A DNA stretch of 64,000 bases, taken from contig NIVC01001779.1 of NCBI GenBank assembly GCA_002269645.1, positions 174,310-238,309 on the forward strand, given 5' to 3'. Below are positions 23,979 to 38,765 of the stretch, piece after piece. The DNA is from Macrostomum lignano (lineage: Eukaryota). The notes below the pieces were generated by a model. The model did not search any database and had not been told where the DNA came from. It was given only the letters and a program-made list of their open reading frames with translations. How positions within the stretch are numbered: position 1 is the first letter of the stretch; every line of letters begins with the position of its first letter. The position numbers were made by a program, and so were the translations under genes.

Positions 23979-24892
23979 CTGGCTGTTTATGGACTCATCC
24001 AGACGTTTAATTATGAGAATGCGTAAGCGCTTGCTGTTAGTAGTAACGATTGAGGTCGCCCAAAACTAGGCTTTATTTTCTAAAGAAGAAAAGTCCAAAG
24101 CAAATAGCGTGCATTATATTTGAGCTTTACCTGTCTGTCAGAATCAGTTTTCTTTGTCACCTCTAAGGATCAAGCCGATTAACTTTTGAGTTGATGCAAA
24201 TGTTTTGGTGCTTTCGTGTTGAAGAAATTTTGCATTGTACAATAAAATTGGCAAGTAAGCTAAATGCACACAAAGAGAGTAACTACGTCGTATGCTGTCA
24301 AAATCTTTTTTTAAGTCTATAACAAAATCTAAACTTATAAGAGCTACTTGTTTTTATAATTGATATTCATCATTCAAATTGGTTTGCCACATAAAACTAC
24401 TATTCATGGCAATAACAGTAGCTGATATAACAAAAAAATTATCATACATGTAGCTACATTATGCAAACGAATTCCATGCAATTGCAGCTTTGCCTGAATA
24501 AATTCTTTTATTCTATTCCGGCAATATTTGGAGCAATGGGTGGCGGGAAATGTCTTTGAACCAGCTGATGCCCAGCCGGGTTGCCAGCCAGCTTGAAGAT
24601 AAGCTGGTTGCATAATTTAGCAGTGAGCCTGCCACGCAGATAAAATGATATGAGGCCATTTCAAAACGAGCCTTACGGATAACCAGTAGCTGCAGAATAC
24701 AGCTGGCTCTGTTCCTGAACAAAATTAATAATATCTGGTCACTAAGTGTCTCTTCAATTATTTGGATTGATGCGTTGAGTATATGCAAAATTATTAAGTG
24801 TTACACAAACAGCCAACTCAAGAAGGGCTCTTCACACGAAAATATCTGTGCACTGCAGGCCCGTTTTTGGCTGCAAAGTGCATTGGCTGTTT

Positions 24893-26255
<1,363 letters not shown>

Positions 26256-27027
26256 GAAAAGGGAATAGTAATACGTTTGAAAATAAAATCCATCAATAAA
26301 CAAATTGCTCGAAGTCTATTTCATGATTTACACAAGTATGTGTGTAATGAAAAATTAGAAGTTATATACAGCTGAACTCATAATGGCCATCGAGAAAATT
26401 GAGAAAGTTGATATTCTAAGAGAACAGTACATGTACACCACATTGTACATTACGGCTACATCATCCCAGCACTTAGAACTCCTGTCCAATTGGCAGAGCA
26501 ATGTTAATCACAAATCGATGTTTTTTTCCAGATTTTAAGCTTCTCCTATTGTATCGGCCGAGAGTCAAGTGACTTCCTGTCTGTCTAAAGTCGACTGCAA
26601 AAAAGCTGAGTCAGTCTGGGTGAATTCAGAAGGGAAACCGTATGAGATGCATGCATATTGTCGCGGTGGCATTCTCTCAGCGACAATAAGAGCTAGCTAA
26701 CCCTACAAAAATCGCTGGCTCCATTGTTTTTCAAAAGCAGCGAACACTGTAAATGCATTTAGCTAGTAAAATTCTACTCACTCTTGCCGAAATGAGAGGC
26801 CGAAAAAAGCAGTGCATGCCTAAATAATGCGAGGTAGCGATTGCATTGAGTGCCAGCCTCTCTAACCCCCACCATTCGTCAGCCTAAAAATTGTTCCCAT
26901 CTGCCTCAAAGCTGTTGCCGTCCCCGCATGCAATATCCTATCACGAGCTGGCAGACAGACCAGCGGCTACATGGATAGATCTTTATAGATAGATTAGATA
27001 GACAGGCTCAATCGATCGCGGGCGGCA

Positions 27028-27624
27028 ATGTCAAACCGTCATCACCAACAAATTCGAATTTACCAGCAGCAGGCCCAGCATCAGCAATTCGTGTGGGATC
27101 TGCTGCCCAGTTCTGCGGCAACCGCTGCCGCCAACAACTTGGTCGCTCCGAGCGCCGAGGTCAACCGGGCGAGGTCGGCCACGTCGCATCAGCCGCGAAC
27201 GCAGGCGCTGTCGCCTCCGCCACGGCTGATGTCAGGCGAGGAGGCGGCTCGCTTGGCGGAACTCTACAAGAGGAAAGTGGCGAAAAATTCGAACAATTCC
27301 AAATCGGCTGAGAGACGCTACGAACTCGTGGCCACTTTTGCTTTGAAAAACGGTCGAATAACATCTTATTATTCGCATAGAAACCGACCGGACGCGGTGC
27401 CGTTCCAAATCACCGAGAGGCGCAGACGAATCCTCAGGGAGTATTACAGTCGAGGCGAGCAATGGATCGCTCTGTACGTCAACGAGATGGAATTTGAGCA
27501 CTACATGCCCCTGCTCTGGTGCCGGGCCTCCACTATGGCTGATACAACGGCGGCAAATCAGCCAGCCTGCAATAACAGACGACGCGTCTCGAATAGTCTT
27601 AAGAACATTTTTGGACTTCGATGA
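27028..27624 (+). CDS. Orphan single-exon ORF, 198 aa, unknown function
   Basis: GC-rich island in AT-rich surroundings; GGCAATG start. Q/A-rich N-terminus, then a globular-looking segment (YELVATFALKNGRITSYY...QWIALYVNEMEFEHYMPLLWCR). No family recognised. Confidence 0.6.
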   Translation: MSNRHHQQIRIYQQQAQHQQFVWDLLPSSAATAAANNLVAPSAEVNRARSATSHQPRTQALSPPPRLMSGEEAARLAELYKRKVAKNSNNSKSAERRYELVATFALKNGRITSYYSHRNRPDAVPFQITERRRRILREYYSRGEQWIALYVNEMEFEHYMPLLWCRASTMADTTAANQPACNNRRRVSNSLKNIFGLR

Positions 27625-27704
27625 ATTCGCCAATTCTTTTTGAGAAAATTTACGTTCAGATGTATAATTTTAATAATTAACTTTATAATCGTAGCTAAAT
27701 ATTT

Positions 27705-28525
<821 letters not shown>

Positions 28526-29955
28526 TTTCATTTAATTTCGGCGTCCGAATGAACAGAATGATAGAATTCGATTCCTCAGTCATGCGTTCAAAACTGTAGA
28601 TTCGTTAATTAAAAATCATAATTTTGTTACAAATATTCAATTGAAGGCCTCTCAGCCAATGACAAACATTTATGAGACATTATTTGCCGCATCCTACTTC
28701 TAGTAGTCGTTAAATTGAACTGTCAGAACTCCTTCTAGAATCTAGAGCCCCATGAAGGTTCAGGAAAAGCTTATTTCATGCGTAGCAGAAAATATTGCAT
28801 ATGCCATTGACGATGGATCCAAGGGACCATTAACTGTCTAGAAATCTAATTTTTCTTTACCGGTTTGTCGTTTCTAAGAAAATCTAATTCGAAGAGTAAC
28901 AATAGCTTTTTTTTCCTGTTTCTTAAGCACAATATAACGATGGTTTTTTATTTAAAATTAGGGTCCGGTTTAATTACAGACGATAAGGGAATTAATCCGA
29001 CGATGTACACACTTCTGTTATAATAGATCTACGCGTATTGCAACAAAATTTTAACATTCAAAGATACGTCAGTCGAAGGAAAATTAAAAAAATCATCAAA
29101 CGGATCTTCTACGAATTGATGAAAATCATCTTTGCGGTATCTCAATGCTGCTCTGCATGACTAGAAACTTACTGCTTGTAATTTTTTTACGCCGGGTTTG
29201 CAGCAATTTCAAAAGCATGCTTCGCCCATTCGATTCCTGTATAACAAAACTTGTCAATTAGGGGTTGCTGTCTCATTTATAGGGCCTACCGATAATTGGT
29301 TGAGATGGTTGGTGCATACTACTGTTAAGATGTACTACTACTGTAAATAGAGACTCACAACTAGGTGCATCTATACAGAAAACTATGTTGTGGACACTAC
29401 GAGATTACATACGCATTCACAAGCAAATGACACTTAGCAAGAGGCAGGCTACCAATGTGTACTGTTTAAAATGATCGATCTCACAACAGAGGACAGAGAA
29501 TAGCTTTGACTATGCAGCTTTGGAGATTTAGAATATGGACACACCAAGTTGAGGGTCTATAGAACAAAGACAACAGGCAATTTTCGACTGAGAAGCTCGA
29601 CAAAGAGACCTATAGCATTAGCCTAGCAAGCTTCGCATTAAACATTCAAACTTGCTTTGAAAAAAAAACGGAGGGTAAGCATTATTCAAGAGAGCGTATT
29701 TGTGCGGAAAACCTCGATTCACTCTGGCCGTAGAGCTTGGAATTAGCAAGTACAAGCTAGCAACCGAAGTCAGTGTTCCCTTATGACAAAGAGCTTTTTG
29801 TGTAAGACTTTTAATGAACTCCTTGTGCGGGAGTTCAAAGTCTAAGACAGTTCCAAGACAGACCCGAGTGTTGGACGCGTTACCGTGCTGTCTATCTTTT
29901 CAATAAATTTAAAAGCGCTGAGTTCTGTCTTAAAGAAAATCTCCAACAACGTGAG

Positions 29956-30264
29956 TCATATATCCGCGGTGGCGCAGATGCTGTCTGAGTCGTCTCTGTG
30001 AGCGTTCAGCTGCACCATCGACAGGCAGTCTCCGCTGGTTCCGTCCGCATCTTGGTTATCGTCTTTGTTCCGAGGAATTTTTGAATATTTCGCAGCTAGG
30101 AGTGGCATATTCTGCTCAGATTTTCTGTTGTTATTAATCGGATGCGAGCCCAGGTTGGGGGCCGCGGCAGCAGCGCCTGCGGCGGCTGCGAAGTGGCTGG
30201 CGGGGGCCGGCGACTGGACGCAGCTGCGCTGGAGGACACTGCCTGTCACCGGCTGGACAAAGCG
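29956..30264 (-). CDS. Neuropeptide GPCR, probable exon 5 (cytoplasmic tail, stop)
   Basis: Pyrimidine-rich acceptor CCTCCATCTCCGGCCCCTCAG at 30265, phase 0, matching the GTGAGT donor at 30525. Low-complexity Ala/Asn/Asp tail. Confidence 0.55.
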   Translation of the reverse strand, partial: RFVQPVTGSVLQRSCVQSPAPASHFAAAAGAAAAAPNLGSHPINNNRKSEQNMPLLAAKYSKIPRNKDDNQDADGTSGDCLSMVQLNAHRDDSDSICATADI

Positions 30265-30525
30265 CTGAGGGGCCGGAGATGGAGGTGCATTCAACGGCTT
30301 TTATACATTTCGCCGTCATCCCGAGTTCCCTTCCAGTTGCTTCTTCCAAAATCAATGATTTTGATCAATGATTTTGATCTCCAAAATCGTCTCTCATCCC
30401 AGAATATTGTCTCTTTTAAGGAATTTGGACTCCCTACAGGTCGTGTACAAAGAAGCTAAGAAACCAACAATCCCCCTTCTGGATTCCGAGTCTCCTAAAG
30501 AGAGTAATCTCAAACTCGAACTCAC

Positions 30526-30796
30526 GCATCTCAGTGTGTTGAGAAAATTAGTCCGATAGCTTTTGCTGAAGGCGCAATAAATCCAGGGATTAACGCAGCA
30601 GTTGCTGATCCCAATCCACTGTACCAGCGATGGCAGCGCGGGACCAAAGGATTCCATGTAGACTCGCACTGTCCGGGAGAAGAACAGCACGGAGATGAGG
30701 TGCAGCGGCAGCCAGGAGATGGCGAAGATGAGCACAACAGTGACCAGCATCTTCACTAGACGGCTCATCTGCCTGCGATCGTTGGCTGTTGACGAT
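30526..30796 (-). CDS. Neuropeptide GPCR exon 4 (TM6-TM7-helix 8)
   Basis: KMLVTVVLIFAISWLPLH...WIGISNCCVNPWIYCAFSKSYRTNF. TTCCAG acceptor, phase 2, completing the AA left at the end of exon 3. Confidence 0.88.
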
Positions 30797-31143
30797 CTGG
30801 AATGCGATTAAGATGTGAACATACATGAATTCGAATTTTCTTTTAATTATCTATCATATAATTAAATTTAGAGTAAGTTGTCCCAGTTACTACTGATGAG
30901 TAATACAGCTAGAATGCGTGTTTTTATCGAAAATAAAATATAGTGATTTCAGATAAACAGATTGTGTACAGATTGTACGCTCGTACAGCGCTGAGAATAA
31001 TTATATGACCAACCTGAATAACAACTGTTGGTTCTGCAGAGCGGCGACCCTATCACAACATGGGAGACTGGAACTCAACATCAAAAACACCATACATCGT
31101 ACACTCTTGCATTCCTGGAACACACAACATAAGTCATGAAAAA

Positions 31144-33232
31144 GCTCAGTGCAGTCCTGACACATCCTTTCAGTCCTGACACAACCATCCTTGCAGTCCT
31201 GACACATCCTTTCAGTCCTGACACAACCATCCTTGCAGTCCTGACACATCCTTTCAGTCCTGACACAACCATCCTTGCAGTCCTGACACAACCATCCTTG
31301 CAGTCCTGACACAACCATCCTTGCAGTCCTGACACATCCTTTCAGTCCTGACACAACCATCCTTGCAGTCCTGACACAACCATCCTTGCAGTCCTGACAC
31401 AACCATCCTTTCAGTCCTGACACAACCATCCTTGCAGTCCTGACACAACCATCCTTTCAGTTCTGACACAACCATCCTTTCAGTCCTGACACAACCATCC
31501 TTGCAGTCCTGACACAACCATCCTTTCAGTCCTGACACAACCATCCTTGCAGTCCTGACACAATCATCCTTGAAGTCCTGACACACATCCTTGAAGTCCT
31601 GACACAACCATCCTTGCAGTCCTGACACACATCCTTGCAGTCCTGACACACATCCTTGCAGTCCTGACACACATCCTTGCAGTCCTGACACACTCCTTGC
31701 AGTCCTGACACACATTCTTGAAGTCCTGACACAACCATCCTTGCAGTTCTGACACAACCATCCTTGCAGTTCTGACACACATCCTTGCAGTCCTGACACA
31801 TCCTTGCAGTCCTGACACACATCCTTGCAGTCCTGACACACATCCTTGCAGTCCTGACACACATCCTTGCAGTCCTGACACACTCCTTGCAGTCCTGACA
31901 CACATTCTTGAAGTCCTGACACAACCATCCTTGCAGTTCTGACACAACCATCCTTGCAGTTCTGACACACATCCTTGCAGTCCTGACACATCCTTGCAGT
32001 CCTGACACACATCCTTGCAGTCCTGACACACATCCTTGCAGTCCTGACACACATCCTTGCAGTCCTGACACACTCCTTGCAGTCCTGACACACATTCTTG
32101 AAGTCCTGACACAACCATCCTTGCAGTCCTGACACACATCCTTGAAGTCCTGACACAACCATCCTTGCAGTCCTGACACACATCCTTGCAGTCCTGACAC
32201 ACATCCTTGCAGTCCTGACACAACCATCCTTTCAGTCCTGACACAACCATCCTTGCAGTCCTGACACAACCATCCTTTCAGTCCTGACACAACCATCCTT
32301 GCAGTCCTGACACAACCATCCGTGTAGTCCAGACACAATCATCCTTGAAGTCCTGACACACATCCTTGAAGTCCTGACACAACCATCCTTGCAGTCCTGA
32401 CACACATCCTTGCAGTCCTGACACACATCCTTGCAGTCCTGACACACTCCTTGCAGTCCTGACACACATTCTTGAAGTCCTGACACAACCATCCTTGCAG
32501 TTCTGACACAACCATCCTTGCAGTTCTGACACACATCCTTGCAGTCCTGACACATCCTTGCAGTCCTGACACACATCCTTGCAGTCCTGACACACATCCT
32601 TGCAGTCCTGACACACATCCTTGCAGTCCTGACACACTCCTTGCAGTCCTGACACACATTCTTGAAGTCCTGACACAACCATCCTTGCAGTTCTGACACA
32701 ACCATCCTTGCAGTTCTGACACACATCCTTGCAGTCCTGACACATCCTTGCAGTCCTGACACACATCCTTGCAGTCCTGACACACATCCTTGCAGTCCTG
32801 ACACACATCCTTGCAGTCCTGACACACTCCTTGCAGTCCTGACACACATTCTTGAAGTCCTGACACAACCATCCTTGCAGTCCTGACACACATCCTTGAA
32901 GTCCTGACACAACCATCCTTGCAGTCCTGACACACATCCTTGCAGTCCTGACACACATCCTTGCAGTCCTGACACACATTCTTGAAGTCCTGACACAACC
33001 ATCCTTGCAGTTCTGACACAACCATCCTTGCAGTTCTGACACACATCCTTGCAGTCCTGACACATCCTTGCAGTCCTGACACACATCCTTGCAGTCCTGA
33101 CACACATCCTTGCAGTCCTGACACAACCATCCTTGCAGTTCTGACACACATCCTTGCAGTCCTGACACACATCCTTGCAGTCCTGACACACATCCTTGCA
33201 GTCCTGACACAACCATCCTTGCAGTCCTGACA
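31144..33232. repeat. 19-23-bp minisatellite with core TGCAGTCCTGACAC and internal block duplications
   Basis: Read directly; the CQDCKD/VRTARM ORFs are artefacts. Confidence 0.95.
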
Positions 33233-33694
33233 GGGGTTACTCTGTCCCAAATCACACGATGAAAAAGCTTCAATATTCTTTCGTTGCGATTTATTAAATA
33301 CGAAAACTCTGTAGAAATGAATTTCCAGCAGGGATCGGCAGTTCTCAATTTAGAATTAGGCCAAAGATAGAAGGATGCGCGGCAGAAAATATTCGTACAT
33401 CCAATTAAAGGTGGACGGGAGACTCGAGAGAGAGCACTTTTAATTCCTCGGAACGGAATTTGCAGCTTCTCCCCAGACCTTAAAGCCAGCTTCAGTCTGG
33501 GGGAAAGAAGGACCTAAGCTACTGAGAGTCTTGAGAGGGCCTTGAACTGTAGAATCTGATATCTTGAAGGGCCGATCCTTCGTACACGCCTTCATTTTCC
33601 TACACAAGAAGAGGTCGCTTAAGATACATGTATGTTTTTTTTTCAATTTCATTTTCGGGTCATTCCTCTGACCCCTGAGCACGCAGGCACACTG

Positions 33695-34124
33695 TGTCAA
33701 GGCTGCAGTGAAATGTTTCAGGACTGCAGTGAGTGTGTCAGGACTGCAGTGAGTGTGTCAGGACTGCAGTGAGTGTGTCAGGACTGCAGTGAGTGCGTCA
33801 GGACTGCAGTGAGTGTGTCAGGACTGCAGTGAGTGCGTCAGGACTGCAGTGAGTGTGTCAGGACTGCAGTGAAGTGTGTCAGGACTGCAGTGAAGTGTGT
33901 CAGTACTGCAGTGAAATGTGTCAGGGCTGAAGCAAAATGTGTCAGGACTGCATTAAAATGTGTGAGGACTGCAGTAAAATGTGTCAGAACTGCAGTGAAG
34001 TGTGTCAGGACTGGCAGTAAATGTCAGGACAGCAGAAAAATGAATCTGGACTGTAGTAAAATATGTCAGCACTGCAGCGAAGTGTGTCAGGACTGCAGTG
34101 CAATGTGTCAGGACTGCAGTGAGC
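33695..34124. repeat. ~20-bp minisatellite (GTGTCAGGACTGCAGTGAGT), a reverse-complement relative of the 31.1-33.2 kb array
   Basis: Its core GTGTCAGGACTGCA is the reverse complement of TGCAGTCCTGACAC. Confidence 0.9.
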
Positions 34125-34451
34125 ACAAAAATCAGTTAAAGATTTCATAAAAAATCTTATAAAAAAGATTTTTTTTATCTTTTCTATTTTCAAGTAAAAT
34201 TCGAAAGTTAAAACCCGCGGAAAGCCAGGGAAGAGAAAAAAAGAGTTAAAAGAACCTTTTATCCATTTCATCTGCACGCAATTATGAACTTGTCACTCTT
34301 AATTTAGTAACTCGATTGGAATGCAGATTTTCCTATTTCTAATTCTGGCGCTAAAAAGTACAGCTTTGCGAGAGATGCACATTTTGTCAATCTGTGATTT
34401 TCAATTAAGCGCCTCATCAAACAAATTTGCGCGCAAAACTGTCAGGTTTTG

Positions 34452-34810
34452 CAATGACCAAGTAAGCATCCCAATGACCAATTTGGCATCCCAATGACCA
34501 ATTTGGCATCCCATTGACCAATTTGGCATCCCAATGACAAACATAATATTCAAATGACCAATTTGGCATCCCAATGACCAATTTGGCATCCCAATGACCA
34601 ATTTGGCATCCCAATGACCAATTTGGCATCCCAATGACCAATTTGGCATCCCAATGACAAACATAATATCCAAATGACCAATTTGGCATCCCAATGACAA
34701 ACATAATATCCAAATGACCAATTTGGCATCACAAGTGACTGATTTGGTATTTTAATGACCAATTCGGCATCCCAATGACTAATTTTAAAGTTCAATGACC
34801 AATTTGGCAC
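34452..34810. repeat. 20-bp minisatellite (CCAATGACCAATTTGGCATC)
   Basis: Read directly. Confidence 0.92.
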
Positions 34811-35734
34811 CATATGGCCAATTGAGCATCCTACTTAATCGCAGATAAAATGAAAGCTTAGACGCCAGCTTTTCAAGTACTAAATAATCTTCCTGTCTGA
34901 TAAATCATCCTTGTGAATTTACTCTCAAGCGCTCAAACTGACTTCAGTCACAGGAACAAAATTTGCAGGCCAGTTCGTACTTGCAAGTCCCGAGGACCTC
35001 CTGGGGTGCTGTTGCGACATAACTTCTGCTAAGACAAGATTTGGATTAATCAAAGTGCCACATCTATAAAAAAATTGCTTGGCCAGCTTCTATAGTGCCG
35101 TTTTTAATCTAAAAATCTAACTTTCGCGCTTGTTTCTGGCTTTTGTGAAGCAGAGTGTAGAAAGGACGCTTTTTACTTTATTTCTGCTTTTTTTAGTTCT
35201 TTGCTTGTCAAGAAGAGACTTGCGTCAAAGGGGGCAAGAAATTGTGGACAGCTTCACCATGGACTAGTAAAATTGCAGCTTTCTGATGCAGACATGGACC
35301 ACTAAAATTGCATCCCTATATGATACAGTCATGTACCACTAAAATTGTAGTCCTGTGATACAGTCATGGACTACTAAATTGCTGCCTCGTAATTCAGTCA
35401 TAGTCTGCTAAAATCGAGTACACAGAAATGAGTAGCAAAAAATTAATGGCAAATTTTACAGTTCCTCTCGCTAACGTAAGTTCACTTATCAGTCTGTTTA
35501 ACAAATTTTTCAGTTGCTAGAAACCCGTTGTTTCATAACTAATGCTAAATATTTGATAGCAGCTATGCCATTGTGTACTCGGGTTAAACGTTTAACAGAA
35601 AACCTCTCGCTGTCCCCCAAGTTAAGCAACAGAGTCATTGGTCGCTTCTGTAACGTGAAAAGGAGGCCCACGGGTCATGCATATGCGGTGCGACTCGTGG
35701 CATCATAGCCTAAATCGTTATTTCACAGGGCGCC

Positions 35735-36268
35735 ATTTTATCTGAGGGGAGAATCATTTCATCTGAGGGGAGAGTCATTTTATCTGAGGGGAGAGTCAGT
35801 TCATCTGAGGGGAGAGTCATTTTATCTGAGGGGAGAGTCATTTCATCTGAGGGGAGAGTCATTTCATCTGAGGGGAGAGTCATTTTATCTGAGGGGACAG
35901 TCATTTTATCTGAGGGGAGAGTCATTTTATCTGAGGGGACAGTCATTTTATCTGAGGGGTGAGTCATTTCATCTGAGGGGAGAGTGATTTCATCTGAGGG
36001 GAGAGTCATTTTATCTGAGGGGAGAGTCATTTTATCTGAGGGGAGAGTGATTTCATCTGAGGGGAGAGTCATTTCATCTGAGGGGAGAGTCATTATATCT
36101 GAGGGGAAAGTCATTTTATCTGAGGGGAGAGTCATTTTATCTGAGGGGAAAGTCATTTTATCTGAGGGGAGAGTCATTTTATCTGAGGGGAGAGTGATTT
36201 CATCTGAGGGGAGAGTCATTTTATCTGAGGGGAAAGTCATTTTATCTGAGGGGAGAGTCATTTCATCT
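35735..36268. repeat. 21-bp minisatellite (ATCTGAGGGGAGAGTCATTTT)
   Basis: Read directly; the MTLPSDK ORF is an artefact. Confidence 0.93.
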
Positions 36269-36351
36269 GTCATCGAGTGAGGTCGGTAAAATTGGGTAAG
36301 AAAAAGAACTCAAAGCCAATCAATACAGCTTGCTTAATTCAAACAGCTCAC

Positions 36352-36675
36352 TTTCTAAGAAACTCCTCCTGCTGAGCGGTTCGCCTGCTCAGCTTGGCTG
36401 CCACGAGCCCGTAGCAGGCGGTGATGAAGGCCAGAGGAGCCGCATACAGCAGGCAGAAGATCACGCCAATTTGGTAGCCCTGCGTGACCGATTCTGACAT
36501 GTTATTGACGCACCACAGATATAGCGTGCGGTTGTCCGGACTGATTATGGTTGTGTCGTAGTTGAAGGCCCAGGGCAGCAGCAGCAACAGGCCGTAGATC
36601 CAAATGCAGGCCAGGATTACGATGGATTGCTTCTTGGAGAAGTGTCGCCTCAGCGGGTGGCACACGGCCAGGAAC
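36352..36675 (-). CDS. Neuropeptide GPCR exon 3 (DRF motif end, TM4, ECL2, TM5)
   Basis: The splice AG|G completes DRFLAVCHPLRR; also IWIYGLLLLLPWA and LLYAAPLAFITACYGLVAAKL. Donor AA|GTGAGC at 36351. Confidence 0.9.
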
Positions 36676-37002
36676 CTGAAGTGTTGGGGTTGGTTGATGT
36701 TTCTTAATGATAGCCAAGGACAACTGAGGCATTTGAGGGCTGGTGTTTTTTAAACAGATTTTGCAAGTGGGTCCGTTGCCCAGCGGTCTAGCGCAGGCTC
36801 TGGTGTGCCAGCGGCCCAGGCTCGATTCCCAGTGCAGTCACATTAATTTGGGGCTGAATTGGAATCTCGGCTTGGCTCTGCTCGTGAAATTAATGCCCTT
36901 GTGGGCCAACCCCCAAGGCACAGTGAAGTGTACATGCCTAACGATAAATAAAGTTAGGGCCGCTGTACACTCCTGTGTGAGTGTGTGCCTGTGCGTATGA
37001 CT

Positions 37003-37308
37003 AATTAATTACACCTTGTCCCTTTATGGGCCAGATGTGCAACCGACAGCTCAGCCGCAGCTATTGCGCGGCGCATCTGAAGGCTGCGTACGGCTGTTCA
37101 GTCCAAGGACTGGGGGGGTCGCCACACACACAGCCTCAATTACCCCAGCTAATGCTGGCACCCATTTTACAGCTGGGTGAACTGAAGCAATGCAGAGTTA
37201 AGTGTCTTGCTCAAGGACACACAAATTGGGATCCACTGGGATCGGGAATCGAAGCCCCGACCTTCAAGTCGTGAGTCCGACGCTCTAAACACTAGGCTAC
37301 AACCCCCA
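37003..37308 (-). mobile_element. tRNA-derived CORE (MIR-like) SINE, near full length
   Basis: Minus strand: tRNA head GGGGGTTGTAGCCTAGTG...TTCGATTCCC, then TGTGTGTCCTTGAGCAAGACACTTAAC...TCAGTT...CTGTAAAATGGG, which aligns with the MIR/CORE consensus as I recall it. Second copy at 22.1 kb. Confidence 0.8.
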
Positions 37309-38009
37309 CAATGTCGCTTAAAGTGATGCAGGTAGCCCACAGCCTGTCTCTAATAAAAAACGGGTTTTACAAATTGGTTGCCACAGATGGTGAGCAAAAT
37401 AAACTGTTGTTTTGTGAAACTGTTTGTGTGCACAAAATTTTTGCGCAAGGGGCCATTGATATAGAATTTCTGGCAAAACTACATCCATGTGAGACAAAAA
37501 TCTACAAAAGCGACATTGTTGTCAGAATCATTGTTCGAAGGTATAGTGTTGAACGATAACTAGAAGGCAGACATGGCATGCATTTTTTGTTAACATTTTG
37601 CTGACGCTTTTGTTAGCGAATTGCCGAAAAACAAATGCTTTTTCGCTAAGTGGATCGTCTTTCTTAGAAGATCCATTGCCATCGGGGATGCTGTTTTGGA
37701 AGCCAGCCACTTTCGCCCCCCAAAATGTATGTTTTCTTTTCTATCTGTCTGGAGCTAATTTTAGTGTCCATGTTTTACTAAAGTCAACAGGCTCGACGCC
37801 AATGCTGATATGGTTAGAAAGGTTTGCTGATGGCGAAATAATTCAATTAGTTAGAAAATCTGGGATGAGGTAGGCGGGCAGCTGATCCAGGAGAAGTAGA
37901 TAGTAAGACTAGGTGAATCAACATATGTATGTAGAGTAGAAATGGTGAAGAGTAATGGTCGTTGAAGTACATAAAATATACAGTTTTAGAAGGTAAGGTA
38001 AGTAAGTTA

Positions 38010-38765
38010 GACCAGTTAGAGTAGCTGAAGTCTGTAGGGTAGACACAGTAGGGTAGCTGAAGTCTGTAGGGTAGACACAGTAGGGTAGCTGAAGTCTGTA
38101 GGGTAGACACAGTAGGGTAGTTAATGTCTGTAGGGTAGACACAGTAGGGTAGCTGAAGTCTGTAGGGTAGACACAGTAGGGTAGCTGAAGTCTGTAGGGT
38201 AGACACAGTAGGGTAGCTGAAGTCTGTAGGGTAGACACAGTAGGGTAGCTGAAGTCTGTAGGGTAGACACAGTAGGGTAGCTGAAGTCTGTAGGGTAGAC
38301 ACAGTAGGGTCGCTGAAGTCTGTAGGGTAGACACAGTAGGGTAGCTGAAGTCTGTAGGGTAGACACAGTAGGGTAGCTGAAGTCTGTAGGGTAGACACAG
38401 TAGGGTAGCTGGTTTGTAGGGTAGACACAGTAGGGTAGCTGGTCTGTAGGGTAGACACAGTAGGGTAGCTGGTCTGTAGGGTAGACACAGTAGGGTAGCT
38501 GGTCTGTAGGGTAGACACAGTAGGGTAGCTGAAGTCTGTAGGGTAGACACAGTAGGGTAGCTGAAGTCTGTAGGGTAGACACAGTAGGGTAGCTGGTCTG
38601 TAGGGTAGACACAGTAGGGTAGCTGGTTTGTAGGGTAGACACAGTAGGGTAGCTGGTCTGTAGGGTAGACACAGTAGGGTAGCTGGTCTGTAGGGTAGAC
38701 ACAGTAGGGTAGCTGGTCTGTAGGGTAGACACAGTAGGGTAGCTGAAGTCTGTAGGGTAGACACG
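38010..38765. repeat. 31-32-bp minisatellite (GTAGGGTAGACACAGTAGGGTAGCTGAAGTCT)
   Basis: Read directly. Confidence 0.93.

Noticed and set aside
31254-33348. Cys-rich CQDCKD ORFs resembling metallothionein or keratin-associated proteins
   Set aside because: All three frames are open in patches and shift frame with unit length (19-23 bp); intronic satellite.
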